Assembly: GCA_963920595.1 (NCBI GenBank)
Contig: OY986947.1
Location: 4,464,001-4,528,000 of the forward strand
DNA from: Eimeria praecox
Taxonomy: Eukaryota
Length of the DNA: 64,000 nt
Direction: 5' to 3'
Part shown: piece by piece, positions 38,821-50,500 of the stretch
Position numbering within the stretch: the first letter of the stretch is position 1
How the letters are laid out: the number at the start of each line of letters is the position of its first letter
Translations under genes and position numbers: made by a program
The notes under the pieces: model-generated
Databases searched by the model: none
Told to the model about the DNA's origin: nothing
The model's input: only the letters and a program-made list of their open reading frames with translations

Positions 38821-39227
38821 ACAAACATGGTAACGTGGCTAAACAGCAACCACAATGCCGTTTTATGCGCAATAACTTCCCCTGCTCCGTTATAACGGGC
38901 GCAAGCAAGCCGAAAGCGGAACCCCAAACAGGACACCCGCAATGCTCTAATCCTCCCTAGACATTTCCTCTGCAGAACATAAACAAAACAACACCAATAA
39001 CTCTGCTCCCAAGACGCATCTTCCTCCAGGCTATGATACTTCAAATGCTCAAATGCACACGAAATGCCCCTTCTTAAACATCCCAGATTGCTTTTTAAAC
39101 AACCATAGCAACCATCCAGCTTCTCTATCTCACAGGTCCTCTTCTCGCTAAAACCAAACTTCACACACTGCCACCACAGCTCAGCCATCCTCGGACCACC
39201 ACCCAGTGAGGCAAGCACAGAACATCT

Positions 39228-40650
39228 GCAACAACAGACGAGCTCCTGGTATTATTTAGCTTCATTTGTCTACCATGATCACTGCCATCCTGCTGCTGAT
39301 AAATTTGTATTCTTCTCCTACCGTTGTATTGTAGATGGGCCACCAGTGTACTTCATTGTCAACTATGAACATTGACTATCTTAAATCCGAGCAACATGCT
39401 TTTATTCGACGTAATAAAGCCTAATCGGCAACGTTTTTCTTATTTAAGACAACTACTCCTTACATCATCCTGGTTGCAGAAGAAAGAGCCATGAATACTG
39501 TATCTTCAGTATGTTTATCTTCAGAGTAACCTCACTTTCGGCTGCTCCTGCTGCAAAGAGTGGCTATTTGCACGACTAGCGTTCACGCCACAGGATGATT
39601 CAATAGCCCTTTTTGGTGGCAGAACAACCTGCCTTAGTGATATTACCGTAGAGTTACCATACGTCGCGCTCTACGTAGTAGTATGCCGTGAAATGACAGC
39701 CATAGTAGAGTTACCATCCGTCGCACCCTACGTAGTAGTACGCTGTGAAATTACACCCTTACAGCCGATTGATATGTTCCCTTGGCTAAGCTTATTCCGC
39801 TGCTGCTTGTACTCACAAGGGAGAGTCTGCCATAGTTTGCAATGTCTCACCTGTATCACTCGGTCTAGCATATTATTTTAACGTAGACAGTAAAAGCTTA
39901 GCGTTTAGCATTCCGTCTCTCGTAGCAACACCAGCAACGAAAGCGAATCAACAAGGACGGCGGCAGCGACAGCAAAACAATGTTCACGTTTGAGCATAAG
40001 ACTCCCCTCCTGGCACGTCAGCGACAAGAGCCGGAGGCGCAGTAGCTACTGCTCCATCAGGCGGGGCTGCTATGTAGGGAGCAGCACCCGAACCAACATT
40101 AGCCAGGACACTGAAGCTATGGAGCTTATGCAGCAAAGTAAACGGGAGGCCGCTACTCTCTGTTCCCTCCTGCTGTCACTCTTGGTGCACGTAGTCTCGG
40201 TGTTGTTGCTGCACCTAGTCTCGGTGCTGTTGTTGCGCCTGCTACTGTAGCTACTGTTACTGCTGTAGCTAACGAACTACACATCCAGCTAGTGCAACAA
40301 CTGATGAGCTTCTGGTGTTATCCAGCTTCATTTACCTACTATCACCATTGCTATCCTGTTCTTGCTAAATCTGCATTCTCTTTTTACTGCAGTACGGTAG
40401 ATGGGCCATCAATTTACTTCACTCTAAACTATGAACCTTAACTATCTTAATACCCTCCAATATGCTTTCATTCGACGTAATAAAGCCCAATCGGCAACTC
40501 TCCTCTGATATAAGCCAACTATTCCCTACACTATCGTGGTTGAAGAAGAAAGAGCCATGAACACCGCATCCTCAGGATGCTTCTCTTCAGAGTAAAATTC
40601 CTTCTCATGCTAACAGTGGAGAGTCTCTCATAGCTGGCAGTGTCACAGGG
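39228..40650. repeat. Diverged ~300-bp direct repeat (39228-39530 and 40294-40595) enclosing a 57-bp tandem duplication (39648-39761)
   Basis: Shared blocks include gtagatgggcca, actatgaac..actatcttaa, attcgacgtaataaagcc.aatcggcaac, agaagaaagagccatgaa and cttcagagtaa. Confidence 0.85.
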
Positions 40651-41280
40651 TGGCAACATGCCTTGATGAAGCTAGTGTTGTAACGCAATGCCGCATGTAC
40701 ACACCACCAATGCCCCTATTCTGCATGCACTAGCACTGTACACCGTATTTTAGAATATCTTCAAACAACTGCTTGATCCTCCTTAGTTAGCCTTCAAGAA
40801 AGTGCGGATACATGTGTCAAAATTTTGCAGAACATGCTACAGTCATATTCGAGGGTCCTCGTTATATCGACGACTCCCACACAGGGGGCATAATGCGGAC
40901 GGTACGGCGGAAATACGTTCTCCTTGTATCCCCCTTTCAAACTCTATTCTTTAATCAAACAAATTAATCAAATGATGCCAATTCAATTAGCTAGATTTCT
41001 GCGTTTTATTCCGCGTATTCATTTGCAGCTACCTCGCCATCCGTCGGTCTTCGCGCCGCGAAGCGGGGGACGGCAGATGCATTAAAATGAGTCAACGTTT
41101 GACAACTGCAGCAGCAGAAACGAAACAACACAATACGATACAATGAGATGGAGGCAAAACCCCAAAATAATTAATGAGCTGCAATCTGAACAGAAGGGGC
41201 CGGAAAGTCTACTGCGCCGCTGGCCCGAGACAGGAGCAGCTGAAGCGGAACGGTAGCGGCCGCCGGCGCAGGAGAGACTG

Positions 41281-41310
41281 AGGTGTACGTACACCTTTGT
41301 ACACCTTTGT
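41281..41310. promoter_or_regulatory. Perfect 16-bp palindrome AGGTGTACGTACACCT plus a GTACACCTTT direct repeat, ~1 kb upstream of the P4-ATPase
   Basis: The palindrome is directly visible. A regulatory role is inferred from GTAC-core ApiAP2 motifs and from position. Confidence 0.4.
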
Positions 41311-42256
41311 AAACAATTTAAAGAATAAAGAGTTGTCTATTATTTCAATTTTAGATCCTGTCTCGCTATTTTACCATTCGCGCGGCGTGGCTCGCGGCGC
41401 ATGCAGCAGCAGCAGAACAGGACCAGCAGCAGCAGCGGCAACTGCTCTACTAGCAGCAGCAATAGACATAGCAGGCTCCCTTTGCAACAATCTTTGAGGC
41501 GAAAGCTGCACTAACTTCGAATCGCTCTTGCTCAATAGGCACGAGAGCAGCGGCAAAGAGAGCAGTAGCAGCGACTGCCTCCGTCTCGCTCCCGAACTTG
41601 AAAGGCTTTCTCCTTTGACGCCTGGAGGCTTATCGCTGCCATTCTCCCCCTGCACATCTCCAAGTCTTCTCTTTAACCACTCAATCACCTACCCCTGCTG
41701 CGGCTGCTGCCGCTGCTGCTCTGCTGCTGCTGCTGCTGCACCACGGCGAACTACGCATAAGCCTCAGAAGTGGTGGATTTCATTGGGGCGGGCCTGGAGC
41801 TGCTGCTGCTGCTGCACCAGGAATAGTAGCCCCACTTCGCATCCGCAGCAGCAGCAACAGCAGCAATATTAGCAGCAGCAGACTCGGCGGTGGCAATGCC
41901 TGCCTTCGGCCCGCTGTTCTCGCCCTCTCCATTTCAGGTTCGACCAGCAGCTGGCCCTACAGCTGCTGCAGCAGCGGCAGTAACCGCATCAGCAGCAGCA
42001 GAAACGGCACCAGAGACAGCAGCAGTAGCAGCAACAGGAGCAGAACGTCCCATGCCAGTTTTCGCTGTTCGTGCTGGGTGAGGGGCCTTGTGCAGATTCT
42101 GCTAGTTTTTTTTCGTTCTTTCCAATTCTGTGGATTTCCCCCTCCCCCCTAGAAGCCTCAGAATCTGCCACTGTAACGGTCGCCGCTGCTGCCGCCGCCG
42201 CCGTAGCAGCAGCAGCAGCAGCAGCAGCAGGAGCAGGAGCAGTTGAATTTGAGAAG

Positions 42257-43161
42257 ATGGGTTTGTGGGCGCGTTTGTGTCCTCGTGTGTGTGGAGCGGA
42301 GTGGCCGGTGCAGCTCCTGTGGCTCGTACTAGAAAAATTGGGGTTTGAACGATGGGCTGTGAAATTTGAAGAGGGATCAGCCCAGCAGAAGAGGCTGGGA
42401 AACCTGGTGGTGCGGACGCATGCAACAGCAACGCAGCAGCAGCAGCAGCAGCAACAGCAGCCAGAGTGCCCTGCGAATGCAGCTTTAGGTCTAAATAGCT
42501 GGACCAACTGTGTACGGACGACTCAGTACACGTGGTGGAGCTTTCTACCTCTGAATCTGCTATCACAAATAACCCAACCAGCGAATTTCTACTTCTTGAT
42601 TATGGCGCTGCTGCAGACTCTGCCACAGATCAGCGATAGCGATGGAATGCCAACATTTCTGTTTCCCCTAGGATTAGTGATGGTAATAACGGCAGCAAAG
42701 GACGGATATGAAAATCTGAGTCGCGCACGAGCGGACAGGATAGAGAACGCGCGACGTTGCACTGTATGTACACCTCAAGGATTGAAAACGGTGGCATGGG
42801 CTGAGCTTACGCCAGGAAGTATTGTGAAACTATCAGCAGATGAGGCAGTTCCTGCTGATTTAGTGTTATTGAACTGTGCAGACCCATGCGGGGTTGCGTA
42901 TGTAGATAGTGTTCAGCTTGATGGGGAAACAAACTTAAAAAATAAAATGTGTATTCCTAGCATCGCAGCTCTTGTTCAAAATGATGATGATGCTGCTCGC
43001 CTTAAATGTACGTTTCTGGAGGCTTATATATATCCACCTTCAGCTGGTTTTCTTGTTGTCTTTCTTAGTATTTTTATTTTCATAGTTTGTTTATTCTAGT
43101 TCATGGTGCTGTTCTGCCGTTTTGCTCTTGCCGCTGTCGTCGTACTGCCTTGTTGCTGTGC

Positions 43162-43201
<40 letters not shown>

Positions 43202-43545
43202 CTCTCCCCTCTGCCCCCCCACGTGGCCTCCGTTGCCGCTCTCTGTGTCCTTGTATCTTGTATCTTGTGTTTGTTTCTCTCGTAATTTTTCATTCTTTCC
43301 TTCTCTCTGTCCAGAGGCGCTGCATATGTGTGTTGAATTGTGTCATTGTGTTTGTTTCTGTCTCCTTATTTACCTTCATTCACATACTTTTTTTGTCTGT
43401 CTACCTGCAACATGTTGTTGCTGCGCCTCCTCCTGTCTGCTGCTGTGTGTGTTGGATTATTCGTATGATGGACGTCTTTGCATGCGTTGGATATATTTAC
43501 TCAACTATAGTATGTTAACGTCTTTAACTATATTATATATATATA

Positions 43546-43590
<45 letters not shown>

Positions 43591-46500
43591 AATAATACTT
43601 TTGTCTTCTTTTTGTTTTTTCTTCAGTGGAAATACACTACGAGGTGCCGTCTGCTGAGCTGTACAAATTTTCGGGAACAATTCTGCTGCTGCCATCCTCT
43701 GACAGCAATGCAGCAGCAACAGCATCAGCAACAGTAGCAAAAACAGATGCAGCAATATCACCAGGCAATCTCCATATGGCTCTCTCGCCAATGGCGTCAA
43801 CCCACAGCAACGGGGGCCAACAACATGCGACTGAGAAGCACCAACAACATCAGGAAGAGCTCCACCTGCTGCAGCCGCAGCAGGAGGAAGAATTCTTGGT
43901 GGGAGGGGTTGGCGCCCACGGCTCTTCGCAGTCGGGCTTGCTGCAGCAAGAGCAACAGCAAGAGCAATTGCCGCTATCGCTGCCGCTGCAATCACAGCAG
44001 CCGCAGCAGCAGCAGCAGCAGCAGTATGCTGCCGATATATCGCAATTCGTGTGGCGTGGGGCTACCGTCCGCAGCACGGAGTGGATCTACGGTCTTGTTG
44101 TATACACGGGGCATCAAACACGCATTATGAAAAATACAAAACAAAGGGAATTGAAGTATTCGAGGACGCAGGTCGTCTACAACCAACATGCCGTCCTCCT
44201 TGCCATCGCGCAGGTGTGCTGGGGCTGGGGCTGCTGCTGCTTTGGCTGTGTCTGCTGCTGCTGCTGCTGCTGCTTCGTACAACGCGTTGCTGCGTCGGCT
44301 CCTGCGGCTGCTATTATTGCAACTTTGGTGCTGCCGCTGCCTTGCACGGGGTGTTGCTGTCGCTGCTGTTGTGCTGCGACGGTCGATGAGTAGGAATGAT
44401 AGGGTTATATGCGGGCTGAACGAACGTTGTTGCCTGCATTGTCTGTGTCTGGTGTTGGGGATTTAGGTTTTGGGATTTGGGATTTGCATTTGGGTGAGTG
44501 TTGCTGCAGTTTATTATCTGCGCGGTGGCAGCGATTGTGTACGCCTTCAAAAGCCAACATCTTTTTGCTGATGCCTGGTATCTAGAAACTAGTTGGGTCT
44601 CCGGCATTTCGAACTTCCTCACTTCCTTAGGCGTCGTAAGTCTTATAGGGTTTAGGATTCGGGGTTTAGGGTTTAGGGTTAACGCTCAATCAGCACGACC
44701 AGAGAGTGGCTTGTCAGGCCGTTCAGGTTGAGGGACAGGGGTCTAAGGAAGGAGCCTTAGTCTGCGGGGAAGCAGCTTGCCGCTCTTAGGGTTTAGGGTT
44801 TAGGGTTTAGGGTTTAGGGTTTGGGGTTTAGGGTTTGGTTGTGTGGGTTTGTTAGGCGTTCGGACGGTACGTGCTGCTTCTGAGTTACTTCGTGCCTATA
44901 ACCCTTTTGGTGCAACTAGAAGTAAGCCGGTGGTGTCAGGCGAGTTTCTTATCGGCAGACAAACGTATGAAAAGCAGCAACAGCAGCAACGGCAACATTG
45001 GGGGGGCTGCAGCGCAGTCTGTAGCCCTTATGGATGAGCTGGGCAGTGTGACGCATATCTTCTCCGACAAGACGGGGACACTGACACAGAATCTAATGCA
45101 GTTCAGGTGTCTCGGCATCCAGGATAGGGTGTACGGATACGACGAATTCGAGGAAGAAGTAGGACAGAAGGGGTTTAGGGTTTCGGGCTGAGGGTTATAG
45201 GCTGTGCGTTTCCTTAGGGTTTGAATTTTGGGTCATGCATGCGTGATTGGGGTTTATGGGGCTGTAAAGAATATTTTACGTTGTTAGAGATGAGAGTTTA
45301 GGGTTTTAAGACTCAGAGGTTGGGGTTTAGGGTTTAGGGTTTAGGGTTTAGGGTGGGGTTTGGGCTGTGTGCAGAAATCGTTTGTGGTGTCGGAGAGCTG
45401 TAGCGACATAGGGCGTTTGCATTCGCGAGTTCCCTCAGTATCTCTTGTTGGAGAGAATGAATACTTGAGGCGGGGGAAGAAGCGAACAGAAGCTGAAACC
45501 GACGCCAACGTCTGCCCCAACGGCCATGTTAACTTCAATCTCAAGAGCTTCCTGAGCGGCGTTGCTGCGGCTTCGCCAGAACACCGCCAGAAGGTGGGTA
45601 TAGGCTTGGGGTTGAATTCGGGATTAAGCTGCAACGGGGTGTAGTAAAGGAGGGAGCGTCCAGCAGTAAAGTGCAGCTTCTTCCTGTTGCTGTTGCTGCT
45701 GTTGCTGCTGTTGCTGCTGTTGCTGCTGGTGGACCGGCAGCAGTAACAGCATTTGGCCTTCACGCTGCAGATCAGAGCTAGACATAGGGGTTTTAAGGTC
45801 TAATGCCTAGGGTTTATGGGGTAGAATTTAGGGTTTAGGGTTTTTGGCCTGTGTTGCAGGCTCGAGACGCTTTGCTGGTTTTGGCTTTATGCCATTCGGT
45901 GCTGCCCAAACCCTCAGCGCCATTGCCGGAGCCTCTAAACATTTGCTGTAATGGAGATGCTGCTCCTGCCGCTGCGGCTTCTGCTGGGTCTCCTCCTCCA
46001 GCTGCTGAGACTGACGTAGCACCTGCTGCTAAGGCTGCTGAAGATGCTGCAACCAAAGCGATTCAGCAGGAGGAAGTGCGAGAAGACCAGCAGCAGCCAG
46101 CGCATGGACAGGACTTGCTAAGGCCACCCTCTCCACAGCAGCAGCAGAAACACCTACAGCAGCAACAGAGGCAACAACAATTAACAGCAGGGAAGGGACA
46201 GCTTACGACTCATAGGGGTGGAACACCAGGAGGAGGTGCAGCACAAGAAGGCGATGCAGCAGCAGCAACAGATGGTGAGGACAAGGCATATTCAATTTGT
46301 TCTATTGCTGTGCGTCCTGAATCGGACTGTGGGGAGCAGCTATCTCATGCTGATGCTGCTGCTGCTCCTGCAGGCGATGAGGCAGCGCGGGTCCCGGCCT
46401 TCCGCTTGCCCACGCCGGAGCACGGGCGTCTCCCCAGCAGCAACAGCAGCAGCCACTACAGCAAAGGCAGCAACAGCAGCAGAAAAGCCGTAGAAGGAGT

Positions 46501-47463
46501 CCACTGCAGCTACAGCAGCTGCTACAGCGACAGCAGCTGCTACAACGGCAGCAGCTGCAGCAGCAGCGAGGATGAGGGTGGATGCTTCCTTGCGGCAGGA
46601 GGCGTAGCAGCAACAGCAGCAGCGGCAGACAGAACGCCTTGCAGCAGCAGGAAACAGACAGCTGTTTTGCAGCAAGAACGTGACGGCAGCCAAGGAGCGC
46701 GCAGCGGGTGCAGAATTCAGTATATGAAGAACCCCTCACTACACATGGAGGCTCCGGCATTTCATCGTAACCCTAAACCCTAAACCCTAAACATTAAACC
46801 CTAAACCATAGCGTCAAACCCTAAGGGCCTAAGGGGCTGCAGTCATATTTACTGTGTCGGTTGGCTGTTGTGGATCTCGGAGAGCACATGAACTGCTATG
46901 CGCTCTGCACCTCAGAGTGCTGCTGCCCTATGTTGCCGCTGCTGCTGCTGCTACTGTTTGTCTTGTTTCTGCTGCTGCAAGTCCTTACATGGTGCATTTC
47001 TGCGGTTGCTTCTGGCGCTGCCGCTGCAGCTGATGGGGAGCCGGCGACAGGCCGCACGAGCGTCGATCCCGCAGCCGTTGGCAGGCAAGGGAATGCCGAA
47101 GAGCCTCCAGCAGCAGCAACAGCAGGAGCAGCAGCGCTATCATCGCCGGCACTTAGTGTACAGTCTGAACAACCCCAGCGGACACCCCCGCTATCGCCGC
47201 AGCAGCAAGAGGAACAGCAGGAGCAGAGGGAAGATGAAGGAGGACTGATGCTATCTCGATTTCCTTTGGAGTTGTCAGCTGCTTACGATGCTTCAAGCCC
47301 TGATGAGTTGGCTTTAACAGCAGCAGCAAAACATTTGGGAGCAGAATTCATTTGCCGCCCCAACCTCAACACCATTCAGCTAGCAGTCAGGTCCGACTTT
47401 GCTGCAGAAGCTCTCCTTAGTGAAGCGGATCGCCTCACAGTCCGCACCCTCATGGACGCTTAC

Positions 47464-47501
<38 letters not shown>

Positions 47502-50500
47502 TGGGGAGCATGAGGGGGAGGAGCAGCAGCAGCAGGGGCAGCAGCAACAGGAGCGGCAGCAGCAGGAGCGGCAGCCAGAGGGAGTGGTGCCAGTGGTAAA
47601 TATAGAGCTCTTGGAGGTTTTGGAGTTCGACAATTACAGGAAGCGCATGTCAGTGGTGGTGAGGGATCGCGAGGGACAACTGCGTCTGCTAATGAAGGGG
47701 GCAGACACCAGCGTGTTTGCTGCAGCAGCAGCAGGACAGGAGGAAGCTATCGCCTCGTGTAAACTGCAGCTAAGCGAGATGGCACAGCGTGGTCTGAGGA
47801 CACTTGTCCTTGGCCAAAGACTTGTCACCCAAAGACAATTCAAAAAGTATCAGGAAAGCAAACACACAACAGATCATCCACCTTCTCCTCCTGCAGGGCT
47901 TCCTCCTGCTCCTGCTGCTTCATTTTGCTTGCAGCAATGATGCTAGTTGTTGCTGACTCATCGTGTTTATTCCCCCTCTGAATGCAGACTTTGTAGAATT
48001 TGCGGTGGAATAACACCATTTGAGGGTTTAGGGTTTAGGGTTTAGGGTTTAGGGTTTAGGGTTTGCGTCCAGGCAGAGCTGCTGGCTGCAAAAGACCAGA
48101 TAGGAGAAAACCGTGAGGCAGCAGTTGCTGCGGTGTTTGCCCGCATGGAGCGAAATATTGAAGTGCTAGGGTGTACTGGGATTGATGACAAGTAGGGTTT
48201 AGGGGCTAGGGTTTAGTGGTGTTTGCTGCTGTGCTGTGTTGTGTTGTGTTCATAGTGTTGTTGTTGTCTTCTTAATTTATAACAATTAGAGTTTTGTATT
48301 GTTGCTTGTTTGCTACAATCAATATGCTGTTATTACCGGCATTTAGTGTTTTATATATGTTTTTTATTGTTTATTGTTTCTTCTGTTGTGTACGAGGCTG
48401 CAAGATGAAGTTGTTGAGACGATAGCAGATGTAAAGGCTGCAGGGGTTAAGGTGTGGGTATTGACTGGTGATAAGCTGGAGACAGCCATAAGCATAGCTC
48501 ACAGTTGTAGTTTGCTGACAGATGCTACTTATAATGCAGTGGTAGATGGGAAGAGCCAAGCAGCAGTTCGTGAGCAGCTTCATCAATATATGAATTATGT
48601 TGTTGCTGCTCAACTAGCAGCAGATGCATTCGAAGCCATTTCCTTTCGATCTGTAAGTTATTCTTTTCCTTGGATTTGGTTTTGTTGTTGTTGCTGTCTT
48701 TCTTTATCTTCTGTTTCCTTCTCCCTCTTCCTCTTCTTCTTCTTCTTTTGCTGCATTTGCTGGTATTGCTTCTTCTTCTTCCTCGTCGATTACTACTCCT
48801 ATTGTGCCGTCTTCTACTTCTCTGCCTTCCATCTCGTCTGAGTGTAGCATTGTGTTTCTCGCGAGCTGTTTATACACCGCGTGTATACCTTATACCTACA
48901 CACTGCCTTTTTTTCTTCAGCTGCAACAGCAAGCCTCAGACGTGAGCGACGAGCCTCGTAGCGTCACCCCCGATCAGCAGCAGCAACAGCAGCAGCAACG
49001 AGGGTCGCGCTGCAGCAAGGGTCCAGGGATTTGTTTCAGGGCTCCAGGGACAGGAGCCGACGACACAGCGATGCGTAGACACCGCAAGGCGGAGCCACCG
49101 ACAATTCCTTGGGATGCCTTTGTGAAAATCCTAACATTTAATGCTACGAAGAAGGTTGTTAAAACAGATCCCAAGCAGTACGCCAAACTAGGGTTTAGGC
49201 TTTCAGCTCTTAACTTCAGGGCTTAGGGTTTAGGGTTTAGGGTTTCAGGTATAGGGTTTCAGGTTTAGGGTTTCAGGTTTAGGGGTTGAGACTTCAGGGT
49301 TGACGTTAGAGGCTTCACGTGTCAAGCTTTGGGTTTAGGGTTAGGGTTTAGGGTTTAGGGTTTAGGGTTTGTGGACAGGCGGCGCAACAAGCGGCTGTCA
49401 CCGCAGCAAGTGGAAGACATCGTGCAGGAGTATTTGGAGCACTTTGAAAGAGAGAGTGATGAGGGGAAGGCACGCGAGCGAAAGGCACGAAAGACAGCCG
49501 CGAGGAGGAAAAGCTTAGGGCGAACCAAAAGCAGGCTTGGCGCAGCAGCGCAGGCAGATCAAGCAGCGGATACAGCAGCAGTTCCTGCTGCTCCTACTGT
49601 TGCTGATGCTGGTGATGCTGGAGATACTGGAAATAAAATCCCTGCAGCCCAAAACACAGCATCTCCTGCAACAGTAACTGCTGCTGCAATAACTCAGACA
49701 GAGGAAGAGCAGCAACAGCTGCTACCCTCGCGATCTAGCAGTGCGAAAGGCACAGCCAGTAAAAAGCAGCAGCCATCAAGCGTATGCGCAGAAACTCCAG
49801 CAGTCCAGGGCTATCAAGAGTGTGTCCCACACTTCTAGGGTTTAGGGTTTAGGGCTTAGGGTTTAGCGTTTAGGGCTTGCTGTTGTTGAGCTCTTAGGCT
49901 GGGGTGGCCTACTAGGGTTGGGGGTTTAGGGCTGGCGTGGTTTCAGGGCCAAGGATTGGGTTTACTGTTAGGTTTTAGGGCTTAGGGTTTAGGGTTTCGA
50001 ATGTATGGACAGGTGCGCGATAACCATAACGGGAGAGGCATTGACGCATGCGCTGTCTACTGCGGAAAACCGGCGATATTTCTTTGGTTTGGCTTCGTTG
50101 TGCAACACCCTCATTGCCTGTCGTGTCTCTCCCAAGCAGAAGTCTGAGGTCGTACACTACTGCCAGAGGTAAGGAAGCAAGCGTTTAGGGTTTAGGGTTT
50201 AGGGTTTAGGGTTTGTAGATGAAAAACACTACTAGCTGCGGAGAAGGCTTTCCTTGAGTTGGTGTGCGCGTGCAGCAGAGTAAAGAGCGCACTGTCAAGG
50301 TTTACGAGTAGGGTTTAGGGTTGAGAAGGGGATAGTATGATGGTTTAGTGTATAATAGGGTGTAGTAGGACTATTTTGTAAGGCGTAGCAGGGTCTAGTG
50401 GTAGTGTTTAGCTTGAGGGTTTAGGAGGAGGGCTTAGTAAGGCTTATGAGGGTATATTAATAAGGTATATTAGTGTTTAGGGTTTGTGCAGGTATCAAAG

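Noticed and set aside
44787..50213. TTTAGGG arrays as a true telomere
   Set aside because: They are short, degenerate, intronic and flanked by in-frame exons.
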